The notes: generated by a model from the sequence alone, not told the origin. DNA of 64,000 nt from Acidimicrobiales bacterium (GCA_029263175.1 JAJCXZ010000091.1:10699-74698); one strand, 5' to 3'. Counted from the stretch's first letter, positions 9,298 to 18,509 are shown. Program-made: numbers and translations.

Positions 9298-11436
9298 ATG
9301 ACAAATCCGAGGTCGTTCCCTCGCCGCCAGGCGGTCACCCGACGCTTCACGCTCGGCGCCCCCCGTGACATCCGTGTCTCCGGTGATGGCGCGCGTATCG
9401 CGTTTCTGCGCTCGTCAGGGCCCGAGGACCCGGTCAACGGTCTCTGGGTGATCGATGTGGGAGCCGGCGGTGAGCACCTGGTCGTCGACCCCACCACACT
9501 TGGTGCCGACGATTCGAACCTTCCGGCGGAGGAACGGTCCCGCCGCGAACGGGCCCGCGAGTCGGGCGGCGGAATCGTGGCCTACGACACCACCAGCGAT
9601 CTCTCCGTTGCCGCCTTTGCCATCGGTGGGCAGGTCGCGCGAGTCGATCTCGGCACCGGCCGCATCGACATGCTGCCGACCGCTCCAGGTGCGTTTGGCC
9701 CTCGCCTGTCTCCAGACGGCGCTTCGGTTGCGTATGTTGCTGACGACTCGCTGCGCGTCGTCGACTCCGCCGGTGACCGACTTGTGATCGGCGAGGACGG
9801 TGACACGGTCTCGTGGGGGGCCGCGGAGTTCATCGCCGGAGAGGAGATGGGTCGCACCAGCGGCTTCTGGTGGGCGCCGGAGAGTGACCGCATTCTCGTC
9901 GAGCGGGTCGACGTTGCCCCGATTGATCAGTGGTGGATCGCCGCTCCGGTCGACCCCGCGGCCGAGCCCACGCCGATCCGCTACCCCGCCGCAGGCACAG
10001 CCAACGCTGACGTCGCGCTGGCGATCGTCGCCCTCGATGGAGCCCGCGTCGATGTCGCTTGGCACGGCGGGTCATCGTGGTCCGATCGCGAGTGGGAGTA
10101 CCTCGCCGACGCCTCTTGGTCGGCCGACGGGCTCATCCTCACCGTGCAGACGCGTGACCAGAAGACGCTTGCCGTGCTCGACGTCGACCCCGAGACGGGC
10201 ATCACCGCTGAGCGACACCGGATCTCCGATGAGCACTGGGTCGAGCTGGTTCCGGGCATGCCCCGGCTTCATGACGGCCGACTGATCACGGTCGAGGATC
10301 GCGGCGCCGCTCGGCGTCTGTGCATCGACGGTGAGGCCCTCACCGGTGACGAACTGCAAGTCCGTCGGGTGATCGACGCCAACGACGAGCGCATTTTGAT
10401 TGCGGGCTCGTTCGATTCCACCACGATCGATCTCATCGGTGTTTCGTGGGACGGCTCCGCCGAGAGGCTCACCACTATCAACGGGATTCACAGCGCCGTG
10501 GTGGGTGGTCGAACCGAGGTTCGCAGCCATCGTTCAATTGATGATGATGATCGACCACCCGAGATCAGGGTTGGCACCGAGGTCGTGGCGACGATCGCCG
10601 ACCATTCTGAATCGCCCGATCTCGAGCTGAATGTCTCGCTTCATCGTCTCGGTAGTCGAGCGTTGGCATCGGCGCTGCTGCTTCCGAAGGATCATGACGG
10701 ATCGGCGCTGCCGGTCCTGCTCGATCCCTACGGCGGACCTCATGCCCAGCGGGTTCAGCAGGCCGCGAGCTTGTTCCACGCCAGCCAATGGTTTGCCGAT
10801 CAGGGCTACGCCGTGCTCGTCACCGATGGACGGGGCACACCAGGTCGAGGTCCCGAGTTCGAGCGCGAGGTGCGAGGCGATCTCGCGGCGCCGGTGCTCG
10901 ATGACCAGATCGAGGCGCTTCACGCCGCCGCCGAGCTGAACCCGGCCCTTGACCTGTCTCGGGTCGCGATTCGTGGCTGGTCGTTCGGTGGCTACCTGGC
11001 TGCACTCGCGGTGCTTCGTCGCCCCGATGTCTTTCATGCTGCAATCGCCGGGGCGCCGGTTACCGACTGGCGTCTCTATGACACTCACTACACCGAGCGC
11101 TACCTCGGTCACCCCGCCACCGAGCCGGCGAACTACGAGGTTTCCGATCTCTGCACCGAGCCTGCTCATATGAGGGAGAAGCCAATGCGACCGTTGCTCC
11201 TGATCCATGGTCTGGCCGACGACAATGTCGTGGCGGCCCACACACTTCAGCTCAGTCGCGCACTCCTCGAGGCGGGCAAGCCCCACACGGTCCTGCCGCT
11301 ATCGGGAGTGACACACATGACGCCGCAAGAGGAGGTCGCCGAGAACCTGCTTCTGCTCCAGTTGTCGTTCCTGAGTGATGCTTTGGCCCCAGGAGTCGGT
11401 GGCATGCTCGCGGGTGAAAATTCGCCCACCCCTTGA
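9298..11436 (+). CDS. S9 family serine peptidase (dipeptidyl aminopeptidase / prolyl oligopeptidase type)
   Basis: The ORF is 712 aa. It has the nucleophile elbow GWSFGGYLA, LLIHGLADDNV and SGVTHM, plus a long N-terminal propeller-like region. Confidence 0.9.
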   Translation: MTNPRSFPRRQAVTRRFTLGAPRDIRVSGDGARIAFLRSSGPEDPVNGLWVIDVGAGGEHLVVDPTTLGADDSNLPAEERSRRERARESGGGIVAYDTTSDLSVAAFAIGGQVARVDLGTGRIDMLPTAPGAFGPRLSPDGASVAYVADDSLRVVDSAGDRLVIGEDGDTVSWGAAEFIAGEEMGRTSGFWWAPESDRILVERVDVAPIDQWWIAAPVDPAAEPTPIRYPAAGTANADVALAIVALDGARVDVAWHGGSSWSDREWEYLADASWSADGLILTVQTRDQKTLAVLDVDPETGITAERHRISDEHWVELVPGMPRLHDGRLITVEDRGAARRLCIDGEALTGDELQVRRVIDANDERILIAGSFDSTTIDLIGVSWDGSAERLTTINGIHSAVVGGRTEVRSHRSIDDDDRPPEIRVGTEVVATIADHSESPDLELNVSLHRLGSRALASALLLPKDHDGSALPVLLDPYGGPHAQRVQQAASLFHASQWFADQGYAVLVTDGRGTPGRGPEFEREVRGDLAAPVLDDQIEALHAAAELNPALDLSRVAIRGWSFGGYLAALAVLRRPDVFHAAIAGAPVTDWRLYDTHYTERYLGHPATEPANYEVSDLCTEPAHMREKPMRPLLLIHGLADDNVVAAHTLQLSRALLEAGKPHTVLPLSGVTHMTPQEEVAENLLLLQLSFLSDALAPGVGGMLAGENSPTP

Positions 11437-11530
11437 CGGAATGTGTGGAAGCGGCGCAACATATTGCCCGCTTACGTACTTCGACTCTTCGAGTACGTGC
11501 TGACCGAGGCCTAGTGCCTTGGAAGGCGGA

Positions 11531-11572
11531 GCGATGGTGTGCACCCATGGGGGAGGAGGTGCACACCATCGC
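11531..11572. terminator. Perfect 15-bp inverted repeat hairpin in a convergent intergenic region
   Basis: GCGATGGTGTGCACC - 12-nt loop - GGTGCACACCATCGC. There is no U-tract, so it is an I-shaped terminator or another structured element. Confidence 0.4.
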
Positions 11573-11594
11573 CGCCGCTCCACCACCTGTTGCT

Positions 11595-11643
11595 GAACTC
11601 GTGCAACGTCGTCCTTCTTCTCGTGACGAGAGTGCACGAGTTC
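11595..11643 (-). terminator. Hairpin 13 nt downstream of the SDR stop codon
   Basis: An 11-bp perfect outer stem (GAACTCGTGCA / TGCACGAGTTC) encloses an inner TCTCG-TGA-CGAGA hairpin. Confidence 0.45.
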
Positions 11644-11655
11644 GGAGACGTTTGG

Positions 11656-12432
11656 TCAGCTGATGGTCCAGCCGCCGTCGACGTGCAGGACCTGGCCGGT
11701 GACGAAGCTCGACGCATCGCTGGCCAAATACAGCATTGCGCCGTCCAGTTCGCCTTCGACACCGGGGCGACCCATGACGGCGCCGTCGCGCATGTAGGCC
11801 TCGCCACCGCCGTCGGCAAACATGTCGGAGTTCATCTCGGTCTCGAACCATCCCGGTGCGATGGCGTTGACTCGTACACCCTTGCGCGCCCATTGAGACG
11901 CCAGTTCGCGGGTGAGGTTGTGGATGCCGCCCTTGGCCGCGGCGTAGCCGGGCGCGCGGAGCTTGCCGCCGGCCACCGAACCGAGCACTGATCCGAGATT
12001 GATGATCGAGGCAGGTCGGCCGTCGGCGATCGCGGCCTTGGCAACCTCGCGGGCGACGGCGAACGGCGCGACCAAATCGATCTCGATCTCGTGGCGGAAG
12101 GTGTCGGTGCTCATGGTGAGCGCCGGTTCCACCTGCGAGATCCCGGCGTTGTTGAGGAGCACGTCGACCCGGTCGCAAGCGTCGAGCGCCGCCGCCACGC
12201 ATTCTTCCGGTCCACCCATCTCGCCGAGGTCGATCGGCACGGCAACGGCGTTGGGCAATTCGTCGACCAGAGCGTTGAGTCGCTCGACTCGGCGAGCGGC
12301 GAGCACAACTGTTGCGCCGGCGGCAGCCGCCACACGAGCGAATCGTTCGCCGAGTCCGGAGCTGGCCCCGGTGACAAGAACGACCTTGTCATCGAGTCGG
12401 AACGCGGCCGTGGGGTCGAGGTGGTCGCTCAT
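11656..12432 (-). CDS. Short-chain dehydrogenase/reductase (SDR) family oxidoreductase
   Basis: The ORF is 258 aa with VVLVTGASSGLGERFA (TGxxxGxG) and the YAAAKGG catalytic Y-x-x-x-K. Its start overlaps the modC stop by 4 nt. Confidence 0.9.
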   Translation of the reverse strand: MSDHLDPTAAFRLDDKVVLVTGASSGLGERFARVAAAAGATVVLAARRVERLNALVDELPNAVAVPIDLGEMGGPEECVAAALDACDRVDVLLNNAGISQVEPALTMSTDTFRHEIEIDLVAPFAVAREVAKAAIADGRPASIINLGSVLGSVAGGKLRAPGYAAAKGGIHNLTRELASQWARKGVRVNAIAPGWFETEMNSDMFADGGGEAYMRDGAVMGRPGVEGELDGAMLYLASDASSFVTGQVLHVDGGWTIS

Positions 12433-13088
12433 GGCTGCTCAGTCTGGCGGATGTCGCCGTCGGATACCGAGACGAGGCTGGCAGCCAACTCGGCATCATG
12501 GGGGTCGTGCGTCACCCAGACGGTGTAGCTCGATGACGACGATGTGAAGAGTTCGCGAAGGAGTGGTCGCCCGTCCGGGTCGACCGATGCCAGGGGCTCA
12601 TCGAGCAGGAGCACCGTCGGTTTGGCGGCGATGGCGCGGGCGATGGCAACCCGCTGGCTCTGACCGCCCGAGAGCGCACCGGGGCGAAGCGCGCCAACGG
12701 CGTCGGCCCCCACCGACTGGAGTGCGGCCGCGGCATGATGTCGAGCAGTCGGTCGGTCCTGGCCGCGGCGCCGGCATGGGTACGCCACGTTGTCGAGCGC
12801 GCTGAGATGGGGCATGAGCCGATGGTTCTGGAACGCCATGGCCATCATCCGCTCCTCCGCCGGGATGAACTTGCCGTCCGCGGGCGCATCGATGGTTCGG
12901 CCGTCGACCGTGAGCGTGCCCTCGTCGAGCGCCTCCAGTCCGGCAAGAAGGCGCAGGATGGTGGTCTTGCCCGCACCGTTGGGGCCGACGATCGCGGTGA
13001 GTCCTGCGGGAAGCTGCAGGTCGAGGCGAAGGTCGAGGTCGCCCCGGCGGATACGTCCGTCGATCGTGATCGTCATCGCATCAGCCAT
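12429..13088 (-). CDS. modC: Molybdate-type ABC transporter ATP-binding protein (short form, no C-terminal TOBE domain)
   Basis: C-terminal part of the fused track ORF 12429..13931. It has Walker A GPNGAGKTT, signature LSGGQSQR and Walker B LLLDEP. The start is ATG 13088, or ATG 13076, which would give an ATGA overlap with the modB stop. Confidence 0.8.
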   Translation of the reverse strand: MADAMTITIDGRIRRGDLDLRLDLQLPAGLTAIVGPNGAGKTTILRLLAGLEALDEGTLTVDGRTIDAPADGKFIPAEERMMAMAFQNHRLMPHLSALDNVAYPCRRRGQDRPTARHHAAAALQSVGADAVGALRPGALSGGQSQRVAIARAIAAKPTVLLLDEPLASVDPDGRPLLRELFTSSSSSYTVWVTHDPHDAELAASLVSVSDGDIRQTEQP

Positions 13089-13861
13089 CTGCCACGGAGC
13101 GCGACCAGGACTCCGAGGCTCACCGTCAACAACAGCACGCTGATGGCCAGTGCCGCCTCCGGGTCGGACTCGAGCGCGAGGAAGGTCTGCAGCGGCAGGG
13201 TGCGGGTCCGGCCGGCGAGATTGCCGGCGAACGTGACCGTGGCTCCGAATTCGCCCAGTGCGCGAGCCCAGGCGAGAGCGAAACCGGCCACAATCGATTC
13301 GCGAGACGCCGGCACCGTCACAGTGAGGAAGGCGACAAGTGGTCGAGCCCCCGATACCGCGGCGGCCTCTTCGAGGTCGGTGCCGTTTTGCCGAAGGGCA
13401 GCCTCGACCGTGGTGACGAAAAAGGGCAAGGCCACGAACGTGGCGGCGAGGATCGCTCCCGCGGTGGTGAACGGCAAGGTGATGCCGAACCAGCGGTCGA
13501 GCCACTGGCCGACGAGCCCGCGGCGGCCAAGCGCGAAGAGCAACGCGGTTCCTCCCACAACGGGCGGGAGCACCATCGGCAGCATGACGGCGGCGCGAAT
13601 CAGGCGCCCGCCTCTCAACTCGACCCGCGCCAGTGCCCACGCCAGGGGGAGGCCGAGGACGAGGCAGATCACCGCGCTGACGACACTCACGATCAGGGAC
13701 ACCGCGATCGCATCGAGGACGGCAGGTTCGGTGAGCTGCGCGGCCAACGATGACCATGGCGCCCGTTGAAGTAGTCCGACGATCGGGATGGCCACGACAA
13801 GCAAGCCGATCCCCGCGGGGATCAGCAGCGGTGCGGGAGCGTGACGTGCGGGTGGCCTCAC
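13073..13861 (-). CDS. modB: Molybdate ABC transporter permease
   Basis: The ORF is a 262-aa multi-TM protein. Its position between the binding protein and the ATPase, with 4-nt overlaps on both sides, supports the call. Confidence 0.8.
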   Translation of the reverse strand: MRPPARHAPAPLLIPAGIGLLVVAIPIVGLLQRAPWSSLAAQLTEPAVLDAIAVSLIVSVVSAVICLVLGLPLAWALARVELRGGRLIRAAVMLPMVLPPVVGGTALLFALGRRGLVGQWLDRWFGITLPFTTAGAILAATFVALPFFVTTVEAALRQNGTDLEEAAAVSGARPLVAFLTVTVPASRESIVAGFALAWARALGEFGATVTFAGNLAGRTRTLPLQTFLALESDPEAALAISVLLLTVSLGVLVALRGRWLMR

Positions 13862-14601
13862 GAGCCGAACCCGGCGGAACGCAAGATGGCCTGCCCGGCA
13901 TCGCTGAGCAGGAAATCGAGCACCGTGTCATCGCCGGTCAGAGTGCTGCCCCAGTACGTGGTGCGGTATTGCTCGATTCCCGGTACATCGATCGTGTCGA
14001 CCCCGGTGGCGAGTGCGTCGGTGCGATAGATCAATCCAGCGTCGAGTTCGCCCGCCATGAGTTTTGTCGACAGCGACCGAACGCTGGGCTCCTCGGTATC
14101 TGCGGAGACGGCAACTCCGAGCGCGTTGGTCATCTCGCTCGCTAGCTGACCGCAGGGAACGTCGATTGCGCACACGCCCACGAGCAGGGATGGGTCTGCG
14201 AGGTCGGCCAACTCGGTGACGCCGCCCGGGTTGCCCTCGGCGATCGCCAGCACGAGGTGGTTCTCCGTGAATGCGATCTCGGTCGGTCCGGTGACTCCGG
14301 CCTCAGAAGCTCGATCGAGCGTGACCTGACTGGCCGTGAGAAGCAGGTCGGCCGGGGCGCCATCGATCAGCTGCGCCACGATGGTCTGGCTGCCGGCGAA
14401 CACCCACTCGGGTTCGGGGATATCGCGCTGCGCGAACGCCGCATCGAGCTCATCTTGAACGACGGCAAGGGATGACGGAGCGAGGATCAGCGCTCGATCG
14501 GGGTCGTTGTCACCCGATGCCGCAAGTACGAGGGCAGCGATGGTTGGAATGGCGGCGCCGGCGACGAGGGCCAGGCGCGCCGCCAGTCGGGGTCGGCTCA
14601 T
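13858..14601 (-). CDS. modA: Molybdate-binding periplasmic protein (signal peptide)
   Basis: The ORF is 247 aa with the signal-like N-terminus MSRPRLAARLALVAGAAIPTIAALVLAASG. It has a ModA-like layout and operon context. Confidence 0.75.
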   Translation of the reverse strand: MSRPRLAARLALVAGAAIPTIAALVLAASGDNDPDRALILAPSSLAVVQDELDAAFAQRDIPEPEWVFAGSQTIVAQLIDGAPADLLLTASQVTLDRASEAGVTGPTEIAFTENHLVLAIAEGNPGGVTELADLADPSLLVGVCAIDVPCGQLASEMTNALGVAVSADTEEPSVRSLSTKLMAGELDAGLIYRTDALATGVDTIDVPGIEQYRTTYWGSTLTGDDTVLDFLLSDAGQAILRSAGFGS

Positions 14602-14990
14602 GTGGGTCGCTCCACCACCACGTTCGTCGACTTGATGGTGGCGACTGCGGGTACCCCCGGTTCGAGGCCGAGGTCGTCCACCGCCTCTGCGGAGATGAGC
14701 GAGACGACTCGGTGCGGGCCGGCCTGGATCTCCACTTGGGCCATCACGGTGTCGCGCACGACGCGAGTGACCAGGCCAGGGAATCGATTGCGGGCCGAAA
14801 CTGCCCGACCGTCGTCCACCGGACCCTCACCGAGTTCGATGGCGAAGCGCGCCAGCTCAGGACCCTCGATCTCTCGCTGCCCACCGTCGGTGCGCACGGT
14901 GGCGACTCGCCCATGATCGGCCCAGCGTCGAACGGTGTCGACGCTGACCCCTAGCATTTGCGCCGCTTGTCCGAGCCGATAGTGGTGCAT
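14598..14990 (-). CDS. MerR-type HTH fused to a TOBE/Mop (molybdate-binding) domain, probable molybdate-responsive regulator
   Basis: Track ORF 14598..15023 trimmed to the internal ATG 14990. That start gives MHHYRLGQAAQMLGVSVDTVRRWADHGRV, the HTH position expected for the family. The C-terminal NRFPGLVTRVVRDTVMAQVEIQAGPHRVVSLISAEAVDDLGL is TOBE-like. Confidence 0.75.
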   Translation of the reverse strand: MHHYRLGQAAQMLGVSVDTVRRWADHGRVATVRTDGGQREIEGPELARFAIELGEGPVDDGRAVSARNRFPGLVTRVVRDTVMAQVEIQAGPHRVVSLISAEAVDDLGLEPGVPAVATIKSTNVVVERPT

Positions 14991-14997
14991 GCAAGGA

Positions 14998-15033
14998 AAT
15001 ATAGCGAGAAAGCGTGCAAACACCCAATAGCGA
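14998..15033 (-). promoter_or_regulatory. Candidate leaderless promoter and TCGCTAT direct-repeat operator of the mod operon
   Basis: The coding strand reads gTCGCTATtgggtgtttgcacgctttcTCGCTATATTtccttgcATG. TATATT ends 7 nt before the ATG. The two TCGCTAT copies are 26 nt apart (plus-strand ATAGCGA at 15001-15007 and 15027-15033). Confidence 0.35.
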
Positions 15034-15075
15034 CCGATCCACCGCCGCCGGCGTCAGCACGAATAGCGTCCGGAT

Positions 15076-16158
15076 ATGCCGAGTTCGATGGCCCAAGTAT
15101 CAGATGATCCGCTTATCGACGCCTGTGGTGTCGACGGCACGTACACCTGCGAAAGGGTCTACGAATGGACCGAGAACGAGTTCGCCGCCACCGCGGCTGA
15201 CTGGCTCCTGGATCGACCCATTCGCATTGCCCTGATCGTGCTTCTCGCGATCATCGCGTCGAAGATTCTTCAGCGAGCCGTTTCCCGCTTTGTGAACACG
15301 GTTGCGGCGACGCCGAACGACATTCGTTTGCAGGCGCTGCGCGATCGCGCTCCGGCCAAGCTCTTGATGGAGAAGGAATCCAAGCGAGCCGAAGCCCGGG
15401 CCGAGACGATCGGTCTCGTGTTGCGCAGCATCGTCGTGGCAGTGGTGTGGACCTTCGCCGCGATGATGATTCTCGGGCAACTCGACATCGACCTGGGGCC
15501 GCTCATCGCCGGTGCCGGTATCGGCGGTATCGCGCTCGGCTTCGGTGCACAGTCGATCGTGAAGGACTTCCTCTCCGGCTTGTTCATGCTGATCGAGGAT
15601 CAGTACGGCGTCGGCGACGTCATCGATCTCGGGTCCGCAATCGGCACGGTAGAGAAGGTGTCGCTTCGCTCGACCGCGATTCGCGACGTCCAGGGAACGG
15701 TCTGGCACGTGCCAAACGGCGAGATCGCTCGCGTCGGCAACTATTCGCAGCTGTGGTCACGGGCGCTCCTCGACATCGAGGTCGCCTACGACGTCGACCT
15801 CAGATTCGCCCAGGGCGTCATCCAACGAGTTGCCGATGACTTCTGGGCGGACCCGGAGTGGGGTGGCGACGAACTCATGGAACGCCCCGAGGTCTGGGGT
15901 ATTCAGGATCTCGGTGCATCCGGCATTGCCATTCGTCTGGCCGTCAAGACCGAACCCTCGATGCAGTGGGCGACAGAGCGTGAACTCCGGCTTCGCGTGA
16001 AGGAAGCGTTGGACGAGGCCGGGATCGAGATCCCGTTCCCGCAGCAGACGGTATGGCTTCGTGATCAGGGCGAGCACCTAGTCGCTCCCGCCCCGAATCA
16101 GGCAGAAATCGAAACGCACGAGCCGCCCAAGCCCGAGGTCCTCGAACCCACCGAGTAG
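15076..16158 (+). CDS. Small-conductance mechanosensitive channel (MscS family)
   Basis: The ORF is 360 aa with TM helices. The conserved MscS core is FGAQSIVKDFLSGLFMLIEDQYGVGDVIDLG...GTVEKVSLRSTAIRD. Confidence 0.9.
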   Translation: MPSSMAQVSDDPLIDACGVDGTYTCERVYEWTENEFAATAADWLLDRPIRIALIVLLAIIASKILQRAVSRFVNTVAATPNDIRLQALRDRAPAKLLMEKESKRAEARAETIGLVLRSIVVAVVWTFAAMMILGQLDIDLGPLIAGAGIGGIALGFGAQSIVKDFLSGLFMLIEDQYGVGDVIDLGSAIGTVEKVSLRSTAIRDVQGTVWHVPNGEIARVGNYSQLWSRALLDIEVAYDVDLRFAQGVIQRVADDFWADPEWGGDELMERPEVWGIQDLGASGIAIRLAVKTEPSMQWATERELRLRVKEALDEAGIEIPFPQQTVWLRDQGEHLVAPAPNQAEIETHEPPKPEVLEPTE

Positions 16159-16168
16159 GACGGCGTCG

Positions 16169-16828
16169 TCAGCGCCGCCGCACCATGGTGACCCCATCGC
16201 CGATGGTCAACTGGACTGCCTCGGTGCGCGGATCGGCGTGCACATGATCGTTCAAGGCCCGTAGTGCAACGGTGTTGTCGTCGTCATCCTGGGATGGTGG
16301 TTCGGCGACTCGACCGCTCCACAATGTGTTGTCGATCAGGATCACGCCGCGCTCAGACAGCCGGGGAACGATTGCTTCGTAGTAGTCGAGGTAGCTCGTC
16401 TTGTCGGCGTCGATGAACGCCAGATCGATCTGCTGGCCCTCGGGAAGGCTCGAGAGCGTCTCGATGGCAGGGGCGATGACGAGATCGATACGGTCGGACA
16501 CCCCGGCCCGTTCCCAATGGGTGCGGGCGATGTCAGTCCACTCCTCGCTCACATCGCAGCACAGGAGCCGGCCTCCGTCGGGTAGAGAGCGGGCTACGGC
16601 CAGAGATGAGTAGCCGGTGAACGTGCCGATCTCCACGACGAACCGGGGCTGGAGCACGGCGGTGAGGATCGCCATGAACGCTCCCTGCTCAGGACCGATC
16701 TGCATGCCGGCGGCCCGGCCGAGCTCGGCGGTGGCCGCGATGAGGTCTCGTTGAATGTCGTCGGGTTGAGCGGAGTGCGCCTCGGCGTAGTCCCCGACGT
16801 TGTCGTCGATGTAGCTGCTTCGTCCCAT
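16169..16828 (-). CDS. Class I SAM-dependent O-methyltransferase (caffeoyl-CoA OMT-like)
   Basis: Track ORF 16169..17179 trimmed to ATG 16828 (MGRSSYIDDNVGDY...). It has the SAM motif VVEIGTFTGYSSL and AFIDADKTSY. Confidence 0.85.
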   Translation of the reverse strand: MGRSSYIDDNVGDYAEAHSAQPDDIQRDLIAATAELGRAAGMQIGPEQGAFMAILTAVLQPRFVVEIGTFTGYSSLAVARSLPDGGRLLCCDVSEEWTDIARTHWERAGVSDRIDLVIAPAIETLSSLPEGQQIDLAFIDADKTSYLDYYEAIVPRLSERGVILIDNTLWSGRVAEPPSQDDDDNTVALRALNDHVHADPRTEAVQLTIGDGVTMVRRR

Positions 16829-16839
16829 GAGTTGTCCTG

Positions 16840-17535
16840 TCAGTGCTTTGCAGGGCCCGCGCCGGTGTGTTGCGTGCCGGGTGGATCGGTGGCCCAAGCC
16901 GGCGAGGTGCCCCACGTGCCGTCGTAGACAAAGTGAGCGAGCGGCTGGCGACGAACGGGGCCGTGGCTGCCGGCCGGCTTGCCGAGCGTGACCGTGGCCG
17001 CCACGAATACCCCGTCGGGAATCTCCAGCAGCTCGGACAGTTGGGTTTCGACAGCCATGTGCCACATGGTGACCACGCCGCCGTAGCCACGCGAGCGCGC
17101 CGCAAGCAGAAGGTTCTGCATCGCCGGGTAGACCGAGGCTCCCTCGGTCGACGTCGGGGCGCGGTAGCGAATCAGGCACGGAAAAATGAGTGCCGGCACG
17201 AGCGGCAGCTTCTCGATGTAGACGTCCATCGACCGAGCCATGCGGGCCTTGGGGGATGTGTCGTCGGTGCCGCTGCCGCCCTCGTAGCCATCGTTGCGCC
17301 GCTTCTCGGCCCAGATCCCGTGGGCGGCCGTCGCCACGAGCTGCTTGGCCGCTTCCGCCACCGGGCCATCAGTGAGCACGATCATGCGGAAATTCTGCCG
17401 GTTGGATCCGCTCGGCGCCCGGCTGGCGGCAAAGCAGATGTCTCGCAGTACGTCCTCAGGCACGGGCTCGTCGAGATAACGTCGGATGGACCGGGTTGTG
17501 GAAATGGCATCCATGACGCCGAGTTCGTGGGTCAT
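16840..17535 (-). CDS. Nitroreductase family protein
   Basis: The ORF is 231 aa. AISTTRSIRRYLDEPVPEDVLRDICFAASRAPSGSNRQNFRMIVL is typical of the family. Confidence 0.85.
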   Translation of the reverse strand: MTHELGVMDAISTTRSIRRYLDEPVPEDVLRDICFAASRAPSGSNRQNFRMIVLTDGPVAEAAKQLVATAAHGIWAEKRRNDGYEGGSGTDDTSPKARMARSMDVYIEKLPLVPALIFPCLIRYRAPTSTEGASVYPAMQNLLLAARSRGYGGVVTMWHMAVETQLSELLEIPDGVFVAATVTLGKPAGSHGPVRRQPLAHFVYDGTWGTSPAWATDPPGTQHTGAGPAKH

Positions 17536-18509
17536 GAGAGCGGCGCCAGGGGAGCGCTCTCGAAGTACGCCCGCGGGTTGTCGTCGGTCAGCCTCGCGAT
17601 CGCAGCGTCATCCACGCCCGCATCGATCAGCTTCGGCACGATCTCCCGATCGAACAGCGTGGGCACAAAGCGTTCGGCAACTCTCGACCGAAGCTTGGGC
17701 GGCCAGGGCTGACCCTTCCAGCACCAAACCGAGTCATGGCTGACCACAACTCGGTCTCCGGCTCCTGCCTCGATGACCCGGGCAAGCGCAGCGACGCGGT
17801 CGTCGTCGCTCACCATGGGGATCCCGAATCGATCGAAGCCGAGATAGCTTCCGCCGCGGGCAATGCCCAGGTGATAGTCGGTGTTGGTGCTGCCGCAGCT
17901 GTGGCCGATCACAATCCGATGCGCCGCCACGCCGGCATCGGTGAAGACCTGCTGCTGAAGATCGCCGAGCGTTCCTTCGTCGGTGTGGGTGGTGATCGGT
18001 GTGTCGGTGGCGATCGCCGCCGCGGCCGCGGCCGCCAGGGTGACCAGCTCGTAGTCGGTTGCTTGCTGCGGTCCAGTGGCTGCTTTGATGATCCCCGGCT
18101 TGATTCCGGTCGAGCCGATGCCGTTGCTCAGCTCGTCCACGTAGAGGTCGGTGAGCACCGGCGTGAGGTCTTCGAATCGGGACCGGAAGTGCCAGTGTCT
18201 GCTTCCCTCGGCCTCGTGATAGAGCCCGACGGCGCAGATGATGTTGAACCCGGTGGCCTCGGCGGCCGCAACCATGAGCTCAGGATCGCGACCGAGATCG
18301 CTCGGGCATGGATCGACCAGCGACGCATAGCCCAGCTCCTTGAGCTCTTCGAGATGGTCGATACTGACTTTCAGCATCTCTGAGTGGCTGAGTTGGTCGT
18401 TGGTGGCTGACTCCCAGCCGGGATAGCCCACCGCCAGGTGTTCGTGCATGAGCACGCGGCCGAGCCGGCTGCTGTCGATGGGTCCGGTGACGGTCTGCAC
18501 GGTGGCCAT
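17532..18509 (-). CDS. Phosphotriesterase-related (PTE/PHP, amidohydrolase superfamily) protein
   Basis: The ORF is 325 aa with the N-terminal GRVLMHEHL metal motif. The rest is colinear with the PTE family (ITTHTDEG, IGHSCG). Confidence 0.8.
   Translation of the reverse strand: MATVQTVTGPIDSSRLGRVLMHEHLAVGYPGWESATNDQLSHSEMLKVSIDHLEELKELGYASLVDPCPSDLGRDPELMVAAAEATGFNIICAVGLYHEAEGSRHWHFRSRFEDLTPVLTDLYVDELSNGIGSTGIKPGIIKAATGPQQATDYELVTLAAAAAAAIATDTPITTHTDEGTLGDLQQQVFTDAGVAAHRIVIGHSCGSTNTDYHLGIARGGSYLGFDRFGIPMVSDDDRVAALARVIEAGAGDRVVVSHDSVWCWKGQPWPPKLRSRVAERFVPTLFDREIVPKLIDAGVDDAAIARLTDDNPRAYFESAPLAPLS

Noticed and set aside
12429-13931. 500-aa minus-strand ORF spanning modC and modB
   Set aside because: The N-terminal ~280 aa are an out-of-frame read-through of modB (a PRG-rich sequence). 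The real modC begins at 13088 or 13076, next to the modB stop.
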